A DNA stretch of 64,000 bases from Parcubacteria group bacterium GW2011_GWA2_43_13 (GTDB taxonomy: Bacteria > Patescibacteriota > Patescibacteriia > UBA9629 > GWA2-43-13). This document shows, in pieces, positions 58,046 to 64,000 of the stretch; the first letter of the stretch is position 1; every line of letters begins with the position of its first letter. The DNA is taken from contig LCFM01000001.1 in the NCBI GenBank assembly GCA_000999025.1, positions 1,198 through 65,197 on the forward strand, given 5' to 3'. Under the pieces are notes generated by a model. It saw only the letters and a list, made by a program, of their open reading frames with translations. It did not search any database and was not told where the DNA came from. The translations under genes and the position numbers were made by a program.

Positions 58046-61000
58046 TTACGCGGCTTTGGAAAGATGTTTTGCAAGTTCTTGTTCAACAGTATCGAACACT
58101 AATTTGCTTTTTGGATCCAGATGCTCCACTATACCGGCAAGAACGCGCCAGCTATGCCATGACTGCTGATTTAATATATTCTTATTAAGCATATCTTGGG
58201 CAGAAAGCCCTAAAATATTTCTCACCCCGATTGCCGCATTTTTCCGCAATTTCGTGTCATCAGACAGTAAATTATTTATTAAACTTTGCGCGTTACCTTT
58301 ATATTTTCCCAACGCATCAACTGAATCGATTGACGTATTCATATACTCAACCAACTCGGACTGTTTCACCGCTCCAACAACCTCTTGAAATGAGGCATCA
58401 TCATGAATAATAGTATGAGCAGAATCAAGCCACTCCGGGGTAATAATTTTTTTAGCATCGTAGGTGAAAAGTTCTGCAATGGCTTTACCGTCATCATCGG
58501 AGACGGGGCGACGCCCCGTCTCTACAACACCAGCAATGGCACTGCTGGTTTCGTGATGCGCATTTGGGATGACATCAACAGTGCCGATGTCTTTATCAGT
58601 TCCTTTGATAGGATGATCTTTGAGCCATTCGGTATAATCGTGCAGTTCGTGACCACGCGCGCCGTTGGGCAGAACGTGACGGATTGAAATAATTTTTTCA
58701 TTGCCCTTGGGGAGTTGCTCTAATACTACATCAGGTGTTTGCGGGTTGCTTGCGCCAAATTTGACGGCAATAATCTCTGGTGGTTGAGACCCCACCCCAC
58801 CCTCCCCTTGTAAAGGGGAGGGAGACGACAATTCACCATGTGAAAAACGGGCGATGTCGTGCGGATCAGTAACAGGTCGCACCCATGCGTGATGATCATG
58901 CATTGTAATATGGTTCCATGGTCCGCCTTCATCTTTAGAAAGATGCTCAAGTGTTTTTGAAATAGTTCCAACATCAGCATCTTGATGAATTGCATGGAAT
59001 GAAGTTAAAATATTTGCTTCTTCTGCGCCGATACTTCCTGATACCGGACCTGGGATATCGCCAGTTGCGCCAATGCTTTCGCGCAGGGCTTCTAATGCTT
59101 CAGACCTCACCCCGCCCTCTCCTTGGAAAGGAGAGGTGGACGATAACTCCCCTTCACCCTCTCTGACCTCAAGAAGGAGGACATGCGCGTCGGTGTTGGG
59201 TAATTGCAATTCATGGGTATGGCCATCAACAATCATGCCTTGCGGAGAAGGGACCGCAAGCGGTTCAAACCTCACCCTCCCCTCTCCTTTTAAAGGGGAG
59301 GGTAACGACGACGACACACCCTCTGTCCTCCTCTCAAGAGGGGGGATCGTCGCCCCCCTTCCTTGAGGAAGGGTTGGGGAAGGTGTTGCGTCATGCGATT
59401 TCGAAAAATCATATTCATGGGAAATATCAGACGGACGCTCAAACACAGCGCCTGCAGTATGGGTTTCAAACGGAGCATACGCGCCACGCGTTGGGTCATA
59501 TGTATATTCACCAACCGCCCATGTTCCTTGCGGTGTTTTATGCAACCAATACGCAGGATTCTCGCCAGCTCCGGCAACGCCGGTATCCAGTACACGCACC
59601 TCATGACCTGCATTATCAACATACCCATAATCGCGCGCAATCAAATGCGCCAGATTGCCACGATCTCCTGTTCCATAACGCTGTGAAAAATATGAAAACG
59701 CATCATGGTTTTGCCCGAGTTGACGATGTAACACATGCTCAACACCCTCCCCCCTGCCAACCACAGCGCTCATTGGAAGATGCCCTGCATCAGGCAAAGG
59801 AACAGGGCCATGAGGCGTGGCTCCACCACCATCTGCCGCATGCGCGACTTCGCGCAAATGAGCAACCTCACCCAACAAAAACGCTCCTATAATCGCTCCG
59901 CCAACTTTATACACTAACCTACGATTTCTATTTCTAATATCTAACACATTATTACCTTGAGCATCATACATTCCGCTTCGCGTCCGTTCTGCTTGCCGAA
60001 ACTCGGTATATTCAGCGTGAAGTGATCCGCCTGTCTGTTGAATAGTTTCAAATTTTTGAGGAATGCTTTTTTCACCTGTTCTCAATCCATCCGGCCTCAC
60101 GCGCGGAGGTTGGGCATTCGTGCTCCACAATGGTCGCTCCCATTCTACCAAAAGTTTTAAATGCATTACTTTAGTATACATTTTTTTAAACCGTTCATAT
60201 TGATGGCTAAATTCATGATGATTTTTTAAATTTTCAATATATGGCTGGGTTTCTGCAAGTACTTTCAGCATTGGCTGCAATTGGGCATCAATATTCGCAA
60301 CGTCGGAAATGGTTAATTCGTTCTCTATTTTTTGCAATGTCTTTTCGTATTCCCCCAACTTACCCGATTCAAGCGCTTTGAGCGATTGCTCAACACCTGT
60401 CTCTGGCGCATTCCTGCCTGTGCGCAATGCAAACCCCCACCTGCCATGAGGCCCGCCCCATGGCCGACCAATACCACCTGAATCAGCTAATGCTCCTCCC
60501 ATTTTCCATCCGCTGTACGCGCCTACTGCCGCCGCCCCCGCTACCCCAAAAGTGCGCAAAAACGATAATCCCAACCCAACGCCTAATGCTGTAGCGCCTG
60601 CAAACGCTTTATCACGTGGCGAAGTGTTATGCCATAAAATTCCGCGGTTGCGATCTTGCTTTGTAAATCCAAGCGGCCGAGTAGTGCGCATGCCATCCGC
60701 AACTGTGCCAAAAAATTCATGATACCCATGTTGCGCGCCCTGACTGCGCTGATCCATTGCCTCTTGATACCGTGTTTTTGCCTCATCATCCATTGAATAA
60801 TACAATGCAAATCGCATGGCGCGGGATTGAATATCTTCTGCAGATAATCGTTGCGCCTCTTCTAATGCGTTATTTTCAGCAGTCAGCGCGCCTAAAAACC
60901 GATTATAATATTCATCAACTCCTAACGGGTCTTGAATCCCCTGCTCTGCTCTGATACGATTGCGGTTTGTGTTTTCAACATAATTGGCAATAGAAAATGA

Positions 61001-63991
61001 AAACGAGTGCAACAGTTGCCCGCGCGCGGCGTCGTAATTTTCTTCTTTCCACTTATTCACGTTTCTGCGCTGTTTGTTATGATGATACAAACCATCAATG
61101 ACTCGCGCGCCAGTAAGAACGCCGACAGCAAGAACAGGATTCCATGATAACGCAAGCGCGCTTAACCCCCACCAGCCCACGGCTCTACCAAGTATACCGC
61201 CAACTTTTGACCGAGAACGCTCCCTGCGCGTTGACGCTTCGGCATATCCTTTACCTGTTTGCGCATCCTGATATGGCTGTCCTAATTTTTTGCCCAGCAT
61301 GGCATTTTCTAAAACCTGCCGTTTTGCAGAATAAAACAAATCATGGCAAAAATCTTCTGTCAGCCGCGCTTCTTGCGGAATGTTTTGCGCATTCGGGCCA
61401 AGTTGTTCAATCATTTTTTGAATCACTTCCTGTTCCCGCGTTCCTAAATGCCGCTCCCCTGCCTCATGACCTGCTTGAGGGCCGGTGTTTTGCAAGCTTC
61501 CAAACCATGTTTCTTTTGCCAATACCACATCTGACACTTCTTGAATCAATTGCGCGTAGTTCTGCTGAACCTCTTTGTGATCAAGCATTTTAATGATTTC
61601 CGGATTATCAATGCCCAATGCAAGCGCCTTTCTTCTGCCTTCTTGCACTTCATCCGCGCTCACATTGATCTTATCAATTTTATCCTTCATTGCTTTTTCA
61701 ATCTTTTCTTTTTCTTCCCTTGCTTTTTTTTGTTCTGGTGTTTCCTTTGGTTGTTTATCTGGTTGATTTGGTTGCGGTTGTTCTGGAGTAGTGGGTTGCT
61801 GTTCTTGCGGTGCCACAACAACGGCAGAAAGTAAATCAAGCCGAGCGCGAACAAAACGTCTATTATTGCTACCGGTTGTAAATTCAAAATCACCAAGCCG
61901 ATAGCCCAATCCATGCGCAATTACCCGAAACGCGGAAAATCTATCTTGATCTTGCCGGTTAAATGTCTGACGTTGAAAACGCCACGCTAATTGAAAATGG
62001 CTTCGATTTTGTCTAATTGCGCCTTGAATTTGCGCAATCATACCTGCGCGGGCCTCCTCTCTCCGTCGTTCATTGCGGATACTGTTGAAAAAATTTTGTG
62101 CCGATGATTGCTGATCGCGCCAGTAGCGCTCTTCTTCTGTTAATTCGCGTTCTTCCTCTTCAATCGGTTCAAGTACTTCTGGTTCTTGTTCTGGAGGTTG
62201 AGATTCTTGTGGTTGCGTCTCTTGCGATGGTGTCTGTTCTGGCTCTTCTGCAACACCCAAAACAAGCGGTTCTAAAAACGCAACTGCTACCCTGCGATTA
62301 GTGGAATCTATGTGAAACGCGCTTAACTGAAAACCAAGCTCTTGCGCAATCATGCGATGCGCGGCAAACCGCTCTTGATCCCGATCTGTCAATGTTTGCC
62401 TTTCTCTGCCCAATGTGAGATGAAATTCAGTGCCACCTGCGTCAATTACTCTCTGTAATTGATCGCGCATTTTATTTTTAATGGTTTCCCTTTTTTCTTT
62501 TGCCTGCCTGTCCCAAAATCCTTGAGCCAATACTTCTTGATCCTGCCCATCTATCTCGCCACTTTCATCCGATTCTGTTGTCGGCGTTTCAGTTGGAGTT
62601 GATGATGTAGTCGGCACAGATTCTGTTGTGTCTGTATCGCCAGATTGATCTTCAACAGGAGGTTCTTGTGTTAAACTCGTGGGCTGTCCTTTTGGATTTT
62701 CCACGTTTCCTGGAGATCCTTCTTTAGGAAGAGTTGAATATACCTCATCCATCTCTGCCGCCCGTGCAATCCCCGAAATGTCTACCCCTTTTTCAAGCGC
62801 TCGCATAATACGAAAATAGGCGCGCAGTATCTCTTTGCTTTTATTAATAAATTGTGTGCCATCTGAAGGAATAGACAAATCCTGTAATAATTCACAAGCC
62901 CTGCCCACTCGCTCATACGCATGATCAATCCACTGCATAAGCAATGTATAACGAACAGATGGCTCATTTTCTTTATTTATGCGTTCAATAATTGGACGAT
63001 AACGTCCAGTAAGGATATAAACCTCTGGTAATGTGGTCAGGTCAACATTCCTCTGATCTTTAGGAATTGGCTTTTTTTCAGCATCCAATGATAGTATATC
63101 TTCTAACTCAACTAATTCCTTTTTCCATATTTCAAAATATGAAGAAAGATTATTCCTGTCTTTCCCTATAATATCATCTTTGAATTTCACGATATCAGTA
63201 CGCGTTGGTGGCTTTTCCTGATCAATCAGCCGCCGCGCCCTATCAATAAAATCCTGATGATACGCTGGATCAATAGGAGGGAGACGATACTCTTTGAACA
63301 GTTCTCTTTTTGTATCCGGTATCTGTATATCAGGATGTTCTTGCGCAAAAATATTTTTAAATATTTTCCTAAAATCAATAGAGCCGCCATTTCGAAATTC
63401 GCCAACATGTGCTGGCACTTGCTCAAGTAATGTATTGATCTGTTCAGGGTGTTGTTCCATCTCATCCCAAAGATATCGCAGTTCATTCACAGACATTGGG
63501 TTCACCCGTAACTTGCGATTATTTTTGTCATCAGATGCCACATACGTGGCAATCCCGCCAAATCCTATCAATGTTACCCATAACTGTTGAGAGGTTTGTA
63601 CTTTTTTTAATTCTCTATCAAAATCTTCTGCGAGATTGTATCTCCGGTCAGAAAAATTAAATGTAATACTATGCAACTCATTCATCTTGTTTTCAACAAC
63701 AGTGCGAATTGATAGCGGCAATTCCTCCAAATAACCACGACCGCCCCAAATCACTTCTGTCATGATTTTTACAAAATCTTCTCGCGTGTATTCAATGTCG
63801 CCATCTCGTGATGAAACCTTCACAACTCCTTCAAATACATCAAGCGCCGCAATAATCTCTGCCATTGACTTGGCTCGCGCAAGGCGTTGTTCCCAGATCA
63901 AAGGTTGCGGGGGGAGTTGTTTTCCTATTTCTTCTACGCTCGGCGGAATGGGTGGGGTTATTTCTTTACCTTCATCCGATGCTTCTGGCAC
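58046..63991 (-). CDS. Giant (at least 1981 aa) membrane-associated protein of unknown function; may extend past the window end
   Basis: Tandem duplicated ~80-aa module with acidic/Pro-rich linkers; central TM helices; C-terminal His-rich region; helical repeats at the C-terminus. Contains four in-frame repeat insertions (one family A, three family B). Confidence 0.7.
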   Translation of the reverse strand: MPEASDEGKEITPPIPPSVEEIGKQLPPQPLIWEQRLARAKSMAEIIAALDVFEGVVKVSSRDGDIEYTREDFVKIMTEVIWGGRGYLEELPLSIRTVVENKMNELHSITFNFSDRRYNLAEDFDRELKKVQTSQQLWVTLIGFGGIATYVASDDKNNRKLRVNPMSVNELRYLWDEMEQHPEQINTLLEQVPAHVGEFRNGGSIDFRKIFKNIFAQEHPDIQIPDTKRELFKEYRLPPIDPAYHQDFIDRARRLIDQEKPPTRTDIVKFKDDIIGKDRNNLSSYFEIWKKELVELEDILSLDAEKKPIPKDQRNVDLTTLPEVYILTGRYRPIIERINKENEPSVRYTLLMQWIDHAYERVGRACELLQDLSIPSDGTQFINKSKEILRAYFRIMRALEKGVDISGIARAAEMDEVYSTLPKEGSPGNVENPKGQPTSLTQEPPVEDQSGDTDTTESVPTTSSTPTETPTTESDESGEIDGQDQEVLAQGFWDRQAKEKRETIKNKMRDQLQRVIDAGGTEFHLTLGRERQTLTDRDQERFAAHRMIAQELGFQLSAFHIDSTNRRVAVAFLEPLVLGVAEEPEQTPSQETQPQESQPPEQEPEVLEPIEEEERELTEEERYWRDQQSSAQNFFNSIRNERRREEARAGMIAQIQGAIRQNRSHFQLAWRFQRQTFNRQDQDRFSAFRVIAHGLGYRLGDFEFTTGSNNRRFVRARLDLLSAVVVAPQEQQPTTPEQPQPNQPDKQPKETPEQKKAREEKEKIEKAMKDKIDKINVSADEVQEGRRKALALGIDNPEIIKMLDHKEVQQNYAQLIQEVSDVVLAKETWFGSLQNTGPQAGHEAGERHLGTREQEVIQKMIEQLGPNAQNIPQEARLTEDFCHDLFYSAKRQVLENAMLGKKLGQPYQDAQTGKGYAEASTRRERSRSKVGGILGRAVGWWGLSALALSWNPVLAVGVLTGARVIDGLYHHNKQRRNVNKWKEENYDAARGQLLHSFSFSIANYVENTNRNRIRAEQGIQDPLGVDEYYNRFLGALTAENNALEEAQRLSAEDIQSRAMRFALYYSMDDEAKTRYQEAMDQRSQGAQHGYHEFFGTVADGMRTTRPLGFTKQDRNRGILWHNTSPRDKAFAGATALGVGLGLSFLRTFGVAGAAAVGAYSGWKMGGALADSGGIGRPWGGPHGRWGFALRTGRNAPETGVEQSLKALESGKLGEYEKTLQKIENELTISDVANIDAQLQPMLKVLAETQPYIENLKNHHEFSHQYERFKKMYTKVMHLKLLVEWERPLWSTNAQPPRVRPDGLRTGEKSIPQKFETIQQTGGSLHAEYTEFRQAERTRSGMYDAQGNNVLDIRNRNRRLVYKVGGAIIGAFLLGEVAHLREVAHAADGGGATPHGPVPLPDAGHLPMSAVVGRGEGVEHVLHRQLGQNHDAFSYFSQRYGTGDRGNLAHLIARDYGYVDNAGHEVRVLDTGVAGAGENPAYWLHKTPQGTWAVGEYTYDPTRGAYAPFETHTAGAVFERPSDISHEYDFSKSHDATPSPTLPQGRGATIPPLERRTEGVSSSLPSPLKGEGRVRFEPLAVPSPQGMIVDGHTHELQLPNTDAHVLLLEVREGEGELSSTSPFQGEGGVRSEALEALRESIGATGDIPGPVSGSIGAEEANILTSFHAIHQDADVGTISKTLEHLSKDEGGPWNHITMHDHHAWVRPVTDPHDIARFSHGELSSPSPLQGEGGVGSQPPEIIAVKFGASNPQTPDVVLEQLPKGNEKIISIRHVLPNGARGHELHDYTEWLKDHPIKGTDKDIGTVDVIPNAHHETSSAIAGVVETGRRPVSDDDGKAIAELFTYDAKKIITPEWLDSAHTIIHDDASFQEVVGAVKQSELVEYMNTSIDSVDALGKYKGNAQSLINNLLSDDTKLRKNAAIGVRNILGLSAQDMLNKNILNQQSWHSWRVLAGIVEHLDPKSKLVFDTVEQELAKHLSKAA
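58500..58526. repeat. Family A variant inside the giant gene (encodes VVETGRRPVSD)
   Basis: GGAGACGGGGCGACGCCCCGTCTCTAC. Confidence 0.75.
58787..58826. repeat. Family B hairpin inside the giant gene (encodes ..SPLQGEGG..)
   Basis: CCCCACCCTCCCCTTGTAAAGGGGAGGGAGACG. Confidence 0.7.
59104..59188. repeat. Family B hairpins inside the giant gene (encode ..SPFQGEGGVRSE..)
   Basis: CCCTCTCCTTGGAAAGGAGAGG .. CCTCAAGAAGGAGG. Confidence 0.7.
59270..59382. repeat. Family B hairpins inside the giant gene (encode ..SPLKGEGRVRFEPL..)
   Basis: CCCTCCCCTCTCCTTTTAAAGGGGAGGG .. CCTCTCAAGAGGGGGG .. CCCCCCTTCCTTGAGGAAGGG. Confidence 0.7.
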
Positions 63992-64000
63992 ACTACTATC

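Overview
Compact, low-GC (~40%) bacterial chromosomal segment in which almost every gene is on the minus strand. Short genes, many overlapping start/stop junctions and several giant surface proteins give it the look of a small-genome, uncultivated (CPR/Patescibacteria-like) bacterium; that lineage call is inference only. The backbone is housekeeping: gatB, tmk, thyX, dcd, rplA, rplK, nusG, secE, gyrB, pheST, a UvrD-like helicase-nuclease, rmuC, tatD, cvpA, metG, rsmI, a GlyRS gene, tgt, recO, ileS, smpB, and infC-rpmI-rplT. No rRNA, tRNA or CRISPR array was found. Three things stand out. (1) Two families of short hairpin/palindromic repeats are scattered across the window, with more than 25 copies in total. 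One is built on GTAGAGACGGGG-TTAA-CCCCGTCTCTAC; the other on CCCTCTCCTT-nnn-AAGGAGAGGG. Many copies sit between genes, but several are inserted in frame inside essential genes (the helicase-nuclease three times, tgt, pheS, rsmI C-terminus, and a 1981-aa giant protein four times), much like Rickettsia palindromic elements. (2) An accessory patch at about 51.9-58.0 kb contains an unexplained GC-rich non-coding segment, two tandem small-protein + AbiEii-type nucleotidyltransferase modules, divergent strong promoters, a ~60% GC two-gene island encoding coiled-coil and cadherin-like exported proteins, and a decayed RelE/ParE toxin next to an intact RHH antitoxin. (3) Possible regulatory repeats: a duplicated ~85-nt element in front of both rpmI and rplT, and phased ATTCGT direct repeats upstream of thyX and pheT. 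Protein calls rest on recognised motifs in the translated ORFs; no database search was possible.
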